NCBI GenBank assembly: GCA_013387215.1 | Contig: WARW01000001.1 | Span: 119,301 to 183,300 of the forward strand | Origin: Patescibacteria group bacterium | GTDB taxonomy: Bacteria > Patescibacteriota > Microgenomatia > UBA12405 | Direction of reading: 5' to 3' | Length of the DNA: 64,000 nucleotides | In this document: positions 1 to 9,486 of the stretch, piece by piece | How the letters are laid out: each line of letters begins with the position of its first letter | Numbering within the stretch: position 1 is the first letter of the stretch | Program-made: the position numbers and the translations under genes | The notes under the pieces: generated by a model | The model's input: only the letters and a program-made list of their open reading frames with translations | Database searches by the model: none | Told to the model about the DNA's origin: nothing

Positions 1-192
1 TTTTTTAATGCTTCGCTGATTACTGGCTCAATATTTTCAGAATGGGCTCTTTTGGCAATGTCTGGCACTACTCCTCCCCATTTTGCGTGTAAATCAGTTT
101 GAGATGAAATCACGTTAGAGAGTACTGAAGTATTGTTCAATACTGCAGCACACGTATCATCACAGCTGGTTTCTATAGCTAGTATTTTCATT
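1..192 (-). CDS. tsaD: tRNA N6-adenosine threonylcarbamoyltransferase TsaD (Kae1/YgjD), N-terminal part; gene continues beyond the window start
   Basis: Reverse translation from ATG at 190-192 gives [20 protein letters not shown]...[24 protein letters not shown], the canonical TsaD N-terminus (GIETSCDdT, GGVvPe.AsR.H). Truncated by the window edge. Confidence 0.7.
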
Positions 193-218
193 TGTTATAC
201 AAAAAACAGTTTTAAATA

Positions 219-932
219 ATGTATTATAAATTCATGGATCTAAATAGTGTCAAACTTAACTCGAAATCTAACACCATATATATTGTTTTGTCTGCCATCT
301 TAGTTATTTTATCAATTGCCGGAATTTTACTCCTTTTTCAAATAATTAAAACAGGAAATCAGAAAACTGCCGACACCATTTCTAATCAGGAAACTCCCAC
401 TCCTACCACTAATCCTATTCCTACTGAAGTCGTTGACATTAAACCGTCCGTTAAACCAACAATTGCTTTGTCACCAAAAGTTACTCAAACTGCATCCAAT
501 TCTGCTTTAAAATCTAATCCAACCTTAAAACCAACAATTGCTCCAAAACCAACCGCCACTTCAAGCGCCAATTTGCAACTTTTCTCAAGTCCTGACGATA
601 AATTCTCTGTTTCTTATAGTTCCTCAAGAAAATTAGTTCAAGACACAGAATCCACTGGAAATCGATATACTTTTTCCTCAGCTAACGGTAATTTTGCCAT
701 TCATGTCGCCACTGATGGTAAATGGGCCTGGACTAACACCTCCCGGGAATTTTCTACTGCCTTCACAGTCGCTGGCTTGCCTACCTTTAGATACGACATT
801 ACCACTCAGACTATTGTTGACTTCCAGTCCAACAATAAAAATTTCACCATTCAATGTATTCACAATGGTAAGAGTGATCTTAAAACCGAATGTGATGCTT
901 TCATAAAAAGCATAAAAGTAGCCGCCAACTAA
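219..932 (+). CDS. hypothetical membrane-anchored protein with Pro/Thr-rich linker
   Basis: N-terminal TM helix (IYIVLSAILVILSIAGILLLF), then a low-complexity PT-rich linker and a C-terminal globular region. No recognisable motif. Confidence 0.4.
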   Translation: MYYKFMDLNSVKLNSKSNTIYIVLSAILVILSIAGILLLFQIIKTGNQKTADTISNQETPTPTTNPIPTEVVDIKPSVKPTIALSPKVTQTASNSALKSNPTLKPTIAPKPTATSSANLQLFSSPDDKFSVSYSSSRKLVQDTESTGNRYTFSSANGNFAIHVATDGKWAWTNTSREFSTAFTVAGLPTFRYDITTQTIVDFQSNNKNFTIQCIHNGKSDLKTECDAFIKSIKVAAN

Positions 933-1990
933 AGTTCGTATTTTATTTCTCTGGTTGTTGGATTTAGGTATTCAAAATTTATGGAAATTACTTTAGCCAC
1001 TTTTTGTAATTCTAAAAAGTTTTCCTTTCCCATATTTTCTGGCCACTCAATGCAGGCAATTGAATTATTGGTAAAAAGTTCAAAAAACTTTATTTCTTGC
1101 AGCTCGAAGTCTGCCGTAATTCGGTATAAATCAAAATGTAAGAATTTTTTATCATCAGTTTGGTATTCATTGTAAATCACAAAAGTAGGGGAGGTGATTT
1201 TCTCTTTAACACCAAGCAAATGTCCTAATCTTCGGCTAAATACAGTTTTACCGCAGCCCAAATCGCCGCTTAACGAAAAGACAATTGGTTTTCCACTATT
1301 TTTTTCAATCGCTTTTTTCAATAAAAATTCCGCTACTTTTTCCGTTTCTTTTTCCGATTTAGACACCAATGTTTGCGAGCTTCCGGTAATCAAATCACCC
1401 CTTCTTAAAATTTTCAATTCCGGTTCAGTAGCGTCAACCACTGTTGATGGTTTATTATTTGGCAGTTTGCCTCCATCAACAATCAAATCAATCATATCTT
1501 TTTTCTTTTTTGACAACGGTCTTAGAAAACTTGCTACCGAATAGTTTGGAGTTCTTCCGGAAAGGTTGGCTGAAGTGGCAGTAACTGGTCTGTTCACTGC
1601 CATAACTAAATCATGAATATATTTATTATCAGGAATTCTAATTCCCAAAGTTCCATTTTCAGCTTCAATACCTTTTGCCACCTGATGTTTTCCTTTGCTG
1701 ACAATAGTAAATGGCCCTGGTAATAAATTTTTATAAATATTTTGAGCCGATTCGCTTAACTCCACATATTTTTCTGCCATTTTCTTATCTGTTACTGCTA
1801 CTGAAATTGCTTTTCCGGTCCATCTGTTTTTAAATCCCAAAAGTTTTTCCACGGCCGACTTGTTAGTTGGATCAACTGCCAAAATATAAACAGTATCAGA
1901 TGGAAAAATCACTAGTCTACCTGCCAAAATTGTCTGGGCGGTTTCCTTAATTACATTTTCATAATTGTCGTTAATATCAACGATTTTCAT
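929..1990 (-). CDS. fused L-threonylcarbamoyladenylate synthase (TsaC/YrdC domain) and TsaE (YjeE P-loop ATPase) for t6A biosynthesis
   Basis: N-terminal half has the YrdC/Sua5 fold signature (IFPSDTVYILAVDP...ISVAV). C-terminal half has the TsaE Walker A SGDLGCGKT followed by SPTFVIYNEY...HFDLYRI. The neighbouring tsaD supports a t6A cluster. Confidence 0.75.
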   Translation of the reverse strand: MKIVDINDNYENVIKETAQTILAGRLVIFPSDTVYILAVDPTNKSAVEKLLGFKNRWTGKAISVAVTDKKMAEKYVELSESAQNIYKNLLPGPFTIVSKGKHQVAKGIEAENGTLGIRIPDNKYIHDLVMAVNRPVTATSANLSGRTPNYSVASFLRPLSKKKKDMIDLIVDGGKLPNNKPSTVVDATEPELKILRRGDLITGSSQTLVSKSEKETEKVAEFLLKKAIEKNSGKPIVFSLSGDLGCGKTVFSRRLGHLLGVKEKITSPTFVIYNEYQTDDKKFLHFDLYRITADFELQEIKFFELFTNNSIACIEWPENMGKENFLELQKVAKVISINFEYLNPTTREIKYEL

Positions 1991-2001
1991 GTCCTATTCT
2001 A

Positions 2002-2634
2002 TCATTTCACACTATCTACCCATTCATTAATTTCCTCATGCCATTTTTTGTATTTATTTTGCATCTCTTTTAAATCCGGGAGTCCAAACTTTTCTTTAAA
2101 GCGTTTAAAAATCACCCCATAATCAGGATTAATATTATTTAATTCTTCCAACGATTCCTCAAAAAGATTAAATCCAGGATGTCCTTTGGAATGAAAATTA
2201 TCAGCATAGGCCACAATTTCTTCCTCTAAACTTATCGGAACATAGTTTCCCTTTGGGAAATCAATTTTTTCTTTTTCAATTTGTTCTTTATTTATTCCCA
2301 CTCCCACATGAGTCAAAGCAAACCTAGCTTTTTTCCGAGAGATTTTTTCTTTTATTAAAATGTCATAACCCATTTTTCCATGACGCACATATTGGCATAT
2401 TTTTTTATAATCATCATCAAAACAATCATAAAATCCAATATCGTGAAGCAAAGCTCCGGCCTCTATTAAATTCTTATCCACTTTAATTCCAAACTCTTTT
2501 TCTAAATTTTCCGCTATTTGCAAAGAAATATTTTTGACAATTAAACTATGGGTCCAAACAATTTGAAGCACTTTATCTTTATATTTTCCGTGAGAATATT
2601 TTTGGTGTAGTTTATAAATATCACTTTGTCTCAT
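2002..2634 (-). CDS. HD-domain phosphohydrolase
   Basis: LLHDIG motif and a downstream D, typical of the HD superfamily; 210 aa. Confidence 0.55.
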   Translation of the reverse strand: MRQSDIYKLHQKYSHGKYKDKVLQIVWTHSLIVKNISLQIAENLEKEFGIKVDKNLIEAGALLHDIGFYDCFDDDYKKICQYVRHGKMGYDILIKEKISRKKARFALTHVGVGINKEQIEKEKIDFPKGNYVPISLEEEIVAYADNFHSKGHPGFNLFEESLEELNNINPDYGVIFKRFKEKFGLPDLKEMQNKYKKWHEEINEWVDSVK

Positions 2635-2692
2635 TCCCTAAATTATATCTTATTGCCTAAAATTTGGTGCATATTCATGCTAAAATATTCCC

Positions 2693-4999
2693 ATGGAAAA
2701 AAGCTATAGTCCATCCTCTGAAGATAAAATATACGAACTTTGGCAAGATTCTGGCGCCTTTACACCAACCGTTCCCGAAGATCCAATAAAAGCTCGAAAA
2801 GAAAAAGAACCATTCACAATTATTTTGCCGCCGCCTAATGCCAACAATCCTTTGCACGCTGGTCACGCCCTTTATACTGTTGAAGATATTATGATTCGTT
2901 TCCATCGCATGTTGGATGGCAAAGATAAAACTCTTTGGCTTCCAGGAACCGATCACGCTGGTATTGAAACCCAGTTTGTCTATGAAAAACATCTCCAAAA
3001 ACAGGGCAAATCTCGATTTGACTATGACCGTGAAACTTTGTTTAAAATGATTTTTGAGTATGTGTCTGAAAATCGCGATGTTGCTAAAAACCAAATGAAA
3101 CGCCTTGGTTTTTCACTCGATTGGAGCCGTGAAAAATTTACTATGGACGAAGACCATATTAAACGTGTTTATGCCGTATTCAAGAAAATGGTTGATGAGG
3201 GACTTGTTTATCGTGATGAAAAAATCGTCAATTATTGTACTTTCTGTGGCACTGCTTTTTCCAACCTTGAAGTTGTCCACAAACCAGTTGCTTCTCATCT
3301 TTGGTATTTTAAATATCCAGTAGTTGGGCAAGAAGGTCGATTTGTTACTGTTGCCACCACCAGACCAGAAACCATGCTTGGTGATACTGCAGTTGCTGTA
3401 AATCCCAAAGATCCTCGTTATTCCGATCTTAAAGATAAAAAATTATTATTGCCATTAGTTAATAAAGAAATCCCTATTATTTTTGAAGATTCAATCGATA
3501 TGGAATTTGGAACTGGCGCTGTTAAAGTCACTCCGTCTCATTCTCCAGAAGATTATGATATGGGCAAGAAATTTAATTTGGAATTTGTCCGCATCATTGA
3601 TTTCGATGGAAAATTCAACAAAAACGTCCCTGAAAAATATCGAGGTTTATATTCAAATCAAGTTAGACAGGCAGTTATCGAAGACTTAACTACTGCTGGT
3701 TTAATGGAAAAAATCGAAGATTATACTCACGAAGTTGGTCACTGCTATCGTTGTGGCCGCCCAATTGAACCGTTAACTGCTCCTCAATGGTATGTCAAAA
3801 TCAAACCATTAGCCGACAAAGCTAAAGCTGCAGTTAGCGCTGATGAAGTCAAAATCTTCCCCAAAAGATTTAAAAAATCTTTCTTAACCTGGATGAAAGA
3901 CATCAAAGATTGGCCTATTTCAAGGCAAATTGTTTGGGGTCATCGCATTCCTGTTTGGTACAACATGGATGAAAATCCAGAAATTACTATTACTCTTATT
4001 ACTCCTCAAGGTGAAACATTATCTGGCACTTGGTCAGAATTAACTTCAAAATATTCTTATGAAGACATCAAAAAAGGTCTTCAAAGTTTAATAGCGCCAG
4101 TTAATGCTAAATTTTATCTTTCTGAAACTGAAGCTGCTAAAAAAAGTGAGTGCGTTCTTCAGGAAACTGATACTTTTGATACTTGGTTTTCCTCAGGTCA
4201 GTGGCCATATTCCACTCTCGGTTGGGAGCCAAACGGCAATCACTCTAAAGACTTTTTGTATTTTTACCCAACTTCAGTTCTAGACACCATGTGGGACATT
4301 CTTTTCTTTTGGGTTGCCCGTATGATCATGATGGGTCTTTATGTTACTGGTGAAGTTCCATTTAAAGTTGCCCACATGCATTCTCGGGTCGTCGATTCCA
4401 AAGGCCAAAAAATGTCTAAATCCAAAGGCAATGTTATCGATCCTGTCGTCACGGCTAATCTTTATGGTTCCGATGCTTTGCGTATGGCTTTGGTTTTCGG
4501 TGTTGCACCAGGCTCGGATATTGCCCTTTCTGATGACAAAATTCGTGCCCAACGCAATTTCGTCAACAAAATTTGGAACGCTTCCCGTTTTGTTCAAATG
4601 CTTATCGATCGTCTCAAAGAAACCAATCCAAATCTAAAAGTTTCTCTCAATATCGATAAAACTAAATTAACTTCCGAAGACAAAGATATTCTTGGTAACT
4701 TGAATAAAATTACCGAATCTACCACTAAAAATTTAAATAAATATCATTTTGGTCAAGCTTCTGAAGATCTTTATCATTTCTTTTGGAATGATTTTTGTGA
4801 TGTCTACATTGAACATGCCAAAAATAGGGGAGAAGATGTTGTTCCGGTTTTATTGACAGTTTTAATTAATAGTTTGAAACTCCTGCACCCATTTATTCCG
4901 TTTGTTACGGAAACAGTTTATCAAGATTTCAAAAACCTATTTGGGTTCAAAGAAGAGCTTCTAATCACCAGTTCCTGGCCAACTGTCAATGAAGTCTAA
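2693..4999 (+). CDS. valS: valyl-tRNA synthetase (short form lacking C-terminal coiled coil)
   Basis: Class I HIGH motif (PPPNANNPLHAGHAL) and KMSKS (GQKMSKSKGNVIDP). Editing-domain and anticodon-binding regions are colinear with ValRS. 768 aa. Confidence 0.9.
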   Translation: MEKSYSPSSEDKIYELWQDSGAFTPTVPEDPIKARKEKEPFTIILPPPNANNPLHAGHALYTVEDIMIRFHRMLDGKDKTLWLPGTDHAGIETQFVYEKHLQKQGKSRFDYDRETLFKMIFEYVSENRDVAKNQMKRLGFSLDWSREKFTMDEDHIKRVYAVFKKMVDEGLVYRDEKIVNYCTFCGTAFSNLEVVHKPVASHLWYFKYPVVGQEGRFVTVATTRPETMLGDTAVAVNPKDPRYSDLKDKKLLLPLVNKEIPIIFEDSIDMEFGTGAVKVTPSHSPEDYDMGKKFNLEFVRIIDFDGKFNKNVPEKYRGLYSNQVRQAVIEDLTTAGLMEKIEDYTHEVGHCYRCGRPIEPLTAPQWYVKIKPLADKAKAAVSADEVKIFPKRFKKSFLTWMKDIKDWPISRQIVWGHRIPVWYNMDENPEITITLITPQGETLSGTWSELTSKYSYEDIKKGLQSLIAPVNAKFYLSETEAAKKSECVLQETDTFDTWFSSGQWPYSTLGWEPNGNHSKDFLYFYPTSVLDTMWDILFFWVARMIMMGLYVTGEVPFKVAHMHSRVVDSKGQKMSKSKGNVIDPVVTANLYGSDALRMALVFGVAPGSDIALSDDKIRAQRNFVNKIWNASRFVQMLIDRLKETNPNLKVSLNIDKTKLTSEDKDILGNLNKITESTTKNLNKYHFGQASEDLYHFFWNDFCDVYIEHAKNRGEDVVPVLLTVLINSLKLLHPFIPFVTETVYQDFKNLFGFKEELLITSSWPTVNEV

Positions 5000-5450
5000 A
5001 CTAATTATTTCCTTAAAAATAATTATTGTTTTATCATTGGTTTTCACTGTCGGCATTAATATTTACCAACTTCTCTTTCATCGGGATCCATTTACTTCTG
5101 TCAAAGCTCAATCATCATACCTAAATTTAGGTGAAAAATATCAAGGCCGTTTAAACTTTTGGTATCTTATGGCTGAAAACGGCGATTGGTCTTCTGCTGC
5201 TAAAATCGAAAACACGCTCGATTCCAACGATATTAACAACTATAAAAGCGCCTATGAGCCTCAAGAACTTCAAAAAAAGTTAACCAATTTAAATGGTAAA
5301 CCCAATAAAACACCTGATGATTGGGTGGAACTAGCCCGCATTCAATCAATGATTGGCAATATCGTTGATGCTAAAAAATCCCTAACCGAAGCTTTCAAGC
5401 TTGATCCGGTTCGTGATGATATTCAAAAGCTTTATTATCAGTTCAATTAA
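4989..5450 (+). CDS. hypothetical membrane-anchored protein
   Basis: N-terminal TM helix, then helical repeats of TPR-like character. Overlaps the valS stop by 11 nt. Confidence 0.35.
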   Translation: MKSKLIISLKIIIVLSLVFTVGINIYQLLFHRDPFTSVKAQSSYLNLGEKYQGRLNFWYLMAENGDWSSAAKIENTLDSNDINNYKSAYEPQELQKKLTNLNGKPNKTPDDWVELARIQSMIGNIVDAKKSLTEAFKLDPVRDDIQKLYYQFN

Positions 5451-5460
5451 TTTGTTCCAC

Positions 5461-5495
5461 AAAAAAACCACGGGTTTTAACCGTGGTTTTTGATT
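5461..5495. terminator. bidirectional rho-independent terminator between convergent genes
   Basis: AAAAACCACGG-GTTTTAA-CCGTGGTTTTT: perfect 9-11 bp stem flanked by A-run and T-run, between the 4989..5450 (+) gene and rplY (-). Confidence 0.6.
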
Positions 5496-5515
5496 TACTT
5501 ATTAAAAAGTAAGAA

Positions 5516-6196
5516 TTATTTTTCTTCTTTTTCTTCTTTCTTTTCAGCTTCAGCTTTAGCTAATTCTTCAGGAGATTTTTGGGCAGTAGCTGGAACTTCA
5601 CCAGGAGCAACTTCAGCAACAACTGGTTCTTCTTCTTCACGAGGTTCTTCAACTTTAACGATCACTTGTTCAGCATCAGTTAAAATTTCCACCTTAGATC
5701 TATCAACATCCAAATCAGCCACAGTCACCATAGAATCGACATTTTCCAAAACGGAGATATCGACAATAATGCTTTCTGGTAAATCAGTTGGCAATGCTTC
5801 AACTTCGACTTCTTCAGTAACTGGAACTAAAATGTTTCCAGCTTTAACAGTTGCAGATTCACCCACAAATTCGATTGGTACGAAAGTAGTGATTTTTTCT
5901 TTTAAGTTAACTTTGTAGCAGTCGATGTGCATCAAATCACCGCTAACTGGGTGGTATTGAGCGTTTCTAAATAAGACTGGTAATTTTTCTTTATCTAAAT
6001 GTAAATCAATTAAGCCTGATTCTCCAACTTCTTCGTAAATCTTTTCTAATTCCACAGTTGGAACTTGAATAGAAATAGGTTCAAAACCTTTTCCGTAGAC
6101 AGTAGCAGGAATTAAACCGCTCTTTCTTAACTGTTTAACTTTTCGGCCTAAAACAGTTCTGTTTTGAGCACTGATTTTATGATTTTCTTTTGTCAT
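5516..6196 (-). CDS. rplY: 50S ribosomal protein L25, general stress protein Ctc form
   Basis: N-terminal L25/Ctc domain (RTVLGRKVKQLRKSGLIPATVYGKG) with an acidic C-terminal tail. A GAAGGGG RBS is upstream. Confidence 0.8.
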   Translation of the reverse strand: MTKENHKISAQNRTVLGRKVKQLRKSGLIPATVYGKGFEPISIQVPTVELEKIYEEVGESGLIDLHLDKEKLPVLFRNAQYHPVSGDLMHIDCYKVNLKEKITTFVPIEFVGESATVKAGNILVPVTEEVEVEALPTDLPESIIVDISVLENVDSMVTVADLDVDRSKVEILTDAEQVIVKVEEPREEEEPVVAEVAPGEVPATAQKSPEELAKAEAEKKEEKEEK

Positions 6197-6327
6197 TTAA
6201 AACTTTTGCTTCAACCCCTTCAGCTTTAGCTTACCTGGTTTCAGCTCTAATAAACTAGAGTGTATTATAGCAGTAAATTTTATTTTTCGGCAATGTTACA
6301 ATTGATGTATCTTTAAAGTAAAAAATT

Positions 6328-7329
6328 ATGACAAATTCTAATAAACCTCGCATTCTCACTGGTGATCGGCCAACTGGTCCGCTTCACCTTGGTCATTACG
6401 TTGGCACTCTTGCCAATCGTGTTAAGTTGCAAAGCAAATACGATTGCTACTTTATCATGGCCGATTTGCATACTTTAACCACCAATTTTTCCAGAGAAAA
6501 AACTTCCACTATTAACGAACGTGTTCGAGGTTTAGTTTTGGATTATCTATCGGTGGGCATTGATCCGGAAAAATGTGTCATCTATCAGCAATCAAAAGTT
6601 CCAGAAGTAACCTATCTTTCCGCCTTATTTTCAAACCTAGTCACTGTGCCTCGGGCTCAAAGAGTTCCCACCCTTAAAGAAGTCATGCACGATTTGAATA
6701 TTGAAAAACCGTCTTTAGGTCTTTTAAATTATCCGGTTTTGCAGGCAGCCGACATCTTAATGGTCAAAGCTAATTTAGTTCCGGTTGGTAAAGATCAAGT
6801 TAGCCATGTTGAAGTTACCCGTGAAATTGCCACTGATTTTAACCGAATTTACGGCGAAGTTTTTCCTATTCCTGAAGCTTTAGTTGGTGATGTTGGTACT
6901 CTTGTTGGCACCGATGGTCAAGCCAAAATGAGCAAATCTATTGGAAATTGTATTTATTTGGGCGACGACGAAGCCACTGTCAATCAAAAAGTCCGTGGCA
7001 TGTATACCGACCCAACTCGTATCAAAGCTACTGATCCAGGCAAAGTTGAAGGTAATCCTGTTTTTATATATCACGATGCTTTCAATCCCAACAAAGCCGA
7101 AGTTGAAGATCTTAAAGCTCGCTACCGCGAAGGTAAAGTGGGGGATGTTGAGGTAAAAACCAAGCTGGCTTTAGCCATAAATCAATTTTTAGAACCAATT
7201 CGTGAAAAACGACGATTTTACGAAACCAAAACTGATTTAATTGAAAATATTATTGAATCTGGTTCCAAAAAAGCTCGTCTCGAAGCTCAAGACACTCTCA
7301 ATCAAGTTCTAAAAGCCATGGGCATCTAA
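6328..7329 (+). CDS. trpS: tryptophanyl-tRNA synthetase
   Basis: HIGH motif ([11 protein letters not shown]) and KMSKS (AKMSKSIGN); 333 aa, typical TrpRS size. Confidence 0.9.
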   Translation: MTNSNKPRILTGDRPTGPLHLGHYVGTLANRVKLQSKYDCYFIMADLHTLTTNFSREKTSTINERVRGLVLDYLSVGIDPEKCVIYQQSKVPEVTYLSALFSNLVTVPRAQRVPTLKEVMHDLNIEKPSLGLLNYPVLQAADILMVKANLVPVGKDQVSHVEVTREIATDFNRIYGEVFPIPEALVGDVGTLVGTDGQAKMSKSIGNCIYLGDDEATVNQKVRGMYTDPTRIKATDPGKVEGNPVFIYHDAFNPNKAEVEDLKARYREGKVGDVEVKTKLALAINQFLEPIREKRRFYETKTDLIENIIESGSKKARLEAQDTLNQVLKAMGI

Positions 7330-7381
7330 AAAAAATCCCCGGTTTCATCTAGCTTTACGCTAAAATCCACCAGGGATAAGG

Positions 7382-7849
7382 TCAAAGACTACGAAAGAGT
7401 TCAATTTCCGGTGATGGCAGGCGATCAAAACCGGAAGTCCAGACTATGTCATTAATTAATTCCCAAAAACCGGCAACCTCTGTCGCTTGGAGTTGTGCGT
7501 AACGATGATTATTATTCCCATTATTTGCTTGGGTTGAAAAAATTTTCACCCCGTCTGGAAGTCGATTCTCCAAATAATAATTTTCAAAAACTCCTTTTAC
7601 CCACCAGCATCCACTGTCTCTCATGAGTTCATACGTGTCGATTTTTCCGACCGCAAAAATTTCGTCGCCCAGAATCAGCAACGTGAAATTCAGCCTTAAT
7701 CTGGCATCCAAAAGCTCCTTAAGATAACCCATTTTCTTTTGTCTTTTTTGGTACTGCATGTCTGCATAATTCACAAAAAACACCTCTTTCCTTTTAATGT
7801 GCAAGTTAAAACCGCTATTAGTTTTACTTGGTCGTATTCTAGCACACAA
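7382..7849 (-). CDS. hypothetical protein
   Basis: ORF only; no confident motif. The real start may be the internal Met at MQYQKRQKK. Confidence 0.3.
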   Translation of the reverse strand: MCARIRPSKTNSGFNLHIKRKEVFFVNYADMQYQKRQKKMGYLKELLDARLRLNFTLLILGDEIFAVGKIDTYELMRDSGCWWVKGVFENYYLENRLPDGVKIFSTQANNGNNNHRYAQLQATEVAGFWELINDIVWTSGFDRLPSPEIELFRSL

Positions 7850-8110
7850 TTAAAATGGTACTTTTTCCAGGTTAATATAAGTTCCAATTGCATTTCCGGC
7901 CGCGTAAGCAACTAAAATAGGGAAGTTTCCGTGTAAATTATTAGCAATCTCATAAATTATAAAAATTGCGATGAAATTTTCAAAAAATACCAAGAGGGCC
8001 GCTTTTTTGGATTGGCCTTTTGAAATCCAATAAGTTCTTTGTGTTGCCAAAAACATCTCCACGAATCCTACGGCAAAATATCCTAGTGCTTGCAAAATAA
8101 AATGCATCAT
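7850..8110 (-). CDS. small membrane protein
   Basis: Two to three predicted TM helices. AAGGAG RBS 8 nt upstream of the ATG at 8108-8110. The overlapping alternative ORF 7980..8192 was rejected. Confidence 0.4.
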   Translation of the reverse strand: MMHFILQALGYFAVGFVEMFLATQRTYWISKGQSKKAALLVFFENFIAIFIIYEIANNLHGNFPILVAYAAGNAIGTYINLEKVPF

Positions 8111-8289
8111 AACTACTCCTTATGAATTTAAAAAGTCTCTGTATGCCCTGAGGTTCCGACGGAGGCTCAGACAAAGTTTGTTTTTGTTTCATTTTGGAAA
8201 AATTTAACTTATTGGCTACAAATTCTACCTATTGAAGCTAATTTAAACAAGCCAAAATCTCACAAAATTATTTTTTATATAATCAATAT

Positions 8290-8724
8290 ATGGATCATGT
8301 GGCTATTTTAAAATCATCACTCGGTTTTTTGGAAAAAATAAAAAACGGCACTAAAACTATCGAATCGCGTTGGTATTCCAAAAGAATAAGTCCCTGGAAT
8401 CAGATCAAAGCGGGTGAGATTATTTATTTTAAAAACTCTGGTTCCCCAATAACCCTCAAATGCCAGGTTGAAAAAGTCCTTCAATTTTCTGATTTAACTT
8501 CTACGAAAATTGAGGAATTACTCCGTAAATATGGTAAATATATAGGATTTACGCTTCAACAACAGGAATTATTTTACAAAGAGATTTGTCATAAAAATTA
8601 CGCCATCCTCATCTTTTTAAGTCAAGTGCAGTCTTTAAAACCGTTTGATATTGATAAAACCGGCTTTGGCAACATGTCAGCCTGGCTTTCAGTCGCCGAT
8701 ATTAATCTTATTAAAAAACTTTAA
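8290..8724 (+). CDS. ASCH-domain protein
   Basis: Small beta-barrel-type protein with TIESRW...GEIIYFK pattern resembling the ASCH/PUA-like fold. Confidence 0.4.
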   Translation: MDHVAILKSSLGFLEKIKNGTKTIESRWYSKRISPWNQIKAGEIIYFKNSGSPITLKCQVEKVLQFSDLTSTKIEELLRKYGKYIGFTLQQQELFYKEICHKNYAILIFLSQVQSLKPFDIDKTGFGNMSAWLSVADINLIKKL

Positions 8725-9201
8725 TTATTTTGGAAATATTATTCTAAAAAGATCTTTTTCTTTATCAAGACTCCCATATTTATTTGCTTCCAAATCGCCC
8801 TTTTTAAAAAGTAAAATCAAAATCAAAACAACATTTACGAGCACGAAATATTCATTTATAAACTGAAGAAATAAAACTAGAAGTAAAATTCCTGGAGCAT
8901 TAAAATCATGCAGCCTTCTGTATGCTAGAGAAAAAGTCAAAAACAAAACAAAAATACTGATTATTAAAGTTATCGTTGAAGCAGTTTGGTTAATAGTGTC
9001 TATTTGTGAATAAGTAATTTTTAGTTGTTCTTCACTGATTAAATCAGCTCTGGAAACATAAATCCTGTCAGTCAATAATTTTGACACCATTCCTATGGCA
9101 AAAGATATTATCCCCACAAAAACCACTAATGTTAAAACTGAGGAAAAATAGTTAATTCTTTTTATTCTCCCTGTAAAAAATTTCTTCAAAAACCACACCA
9201 T
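8725..9201 (-). CDS. DUF805-family inner membrane protein
   Basis: FTGRIKRINYF motif (the GRI.R..Y hallmark of DUF805) followed by several TM helices. Confidence 0.45.
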   Translation of the reverse strand: MVWFLKKFFTGRIKRINYFSSVLTLVVFVGIISFAIGMVSKLLTDRIYVSRADLISEEQLKITYSQIDTINQTASTITLIISIFVLFLTFSLAYRRLHDFNAPGILLLVLFLQFINEYFVLVNVVLILILLFKKGDLEANKYGSLDKEKDLFRIIFPK

Positions 9202-9257
9202 GATTAACTAATCTTATCAGGAAATTGAAAAACATATCTTTTCACACAAGCGTTTTG

Positions 9258-9324
9258 AGTGGGTATGCATGTCCCTAGATCCCCCTTGAGGGGAGATTCG
9301 AACCATTACCAGGCACTTGATTAG
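9258..9324 (-). other. tRNA 3'-half relic with duplicated tRNA-Ile 3' end
   Basis: Immediately 3' of tRNA-Ile, 14 nt of its 3' end (CATGCATACCCACT) recur after a 53-nt insert. The insert contains a T-loop-like GGTTCGAATC and a CCCCTCAAGGGGG hairpin. Confidence 0.35.
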
Positions 9325-9398
9325 TGGGTATGCATGGATTCGAACCATGGACCCCCGACTTATAAGATCGGTGCTCTAACCAACTGAGCTACATACCC
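9325..9398 (-). tRNA. tRNA-Ile with anticodon UAU (unusual in bacteria)
   Basis: Reverse complement folds as GGGTATG-TA-GCTC-AGTTGGTTA-GAGC-A-CCGAT-CTTATAA-GTCGG-GGGTC-CATGG-TTCGAAT-CCATG-CATACCC-A. Anticodon positions 34-36 read TAT. The 5' half closely resembles tRNA-Ile. No CCA encoded. Confidence 0.65.
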
Positions 9399-9412
9399 AA
9401 AATATAAAAAAG

Positions 9413-9486
9413 TAGCAGGGGCGGGAATCGAACCCGCGACCTTAGCGTTATGAATGCTACGCTCTAACCATCTGAGCTACCCTGCC
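9413..9486 (-). tRNA. tRNA-Met (anticodon CAT), elongator-like; tRNA-Ile2(LAU) not excluded
   Basis: Reverse complement folds as GGCAGGG-TA-GCTC-AGATGGTTA-GAGC-G-TAGCA-TTCATAA-CGCTA-AGGTC-GCGGG-TTCGATT-CCCGC-CCCTGCT-A with anticodon CAT. One A-C mismatch closes the anticodon stem; the first acceptor pair is a G-U wobble. Confidence 0.7.

Noticed and set aside
5490-5918. 142-aa ORF on the + strand
   Set aside because: Entirely antisense to rplY/ctc, low-complexity Ser/Thr translation; the rplY frame has clear homology.
6197-6327. T-box leader upstream of trpS
   Set aside because: The intergenic region is only ~130 nt and lacks the conserved T-box sequence and specifier or antiterminator architecture.
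7980-8192. 70-aa ORF overlapping 7850..8110 in another frame
   Set aside because: The 7850..8110 frame has a strong AAGGAG RBS and membrane-protein character; the alternative lacks both.
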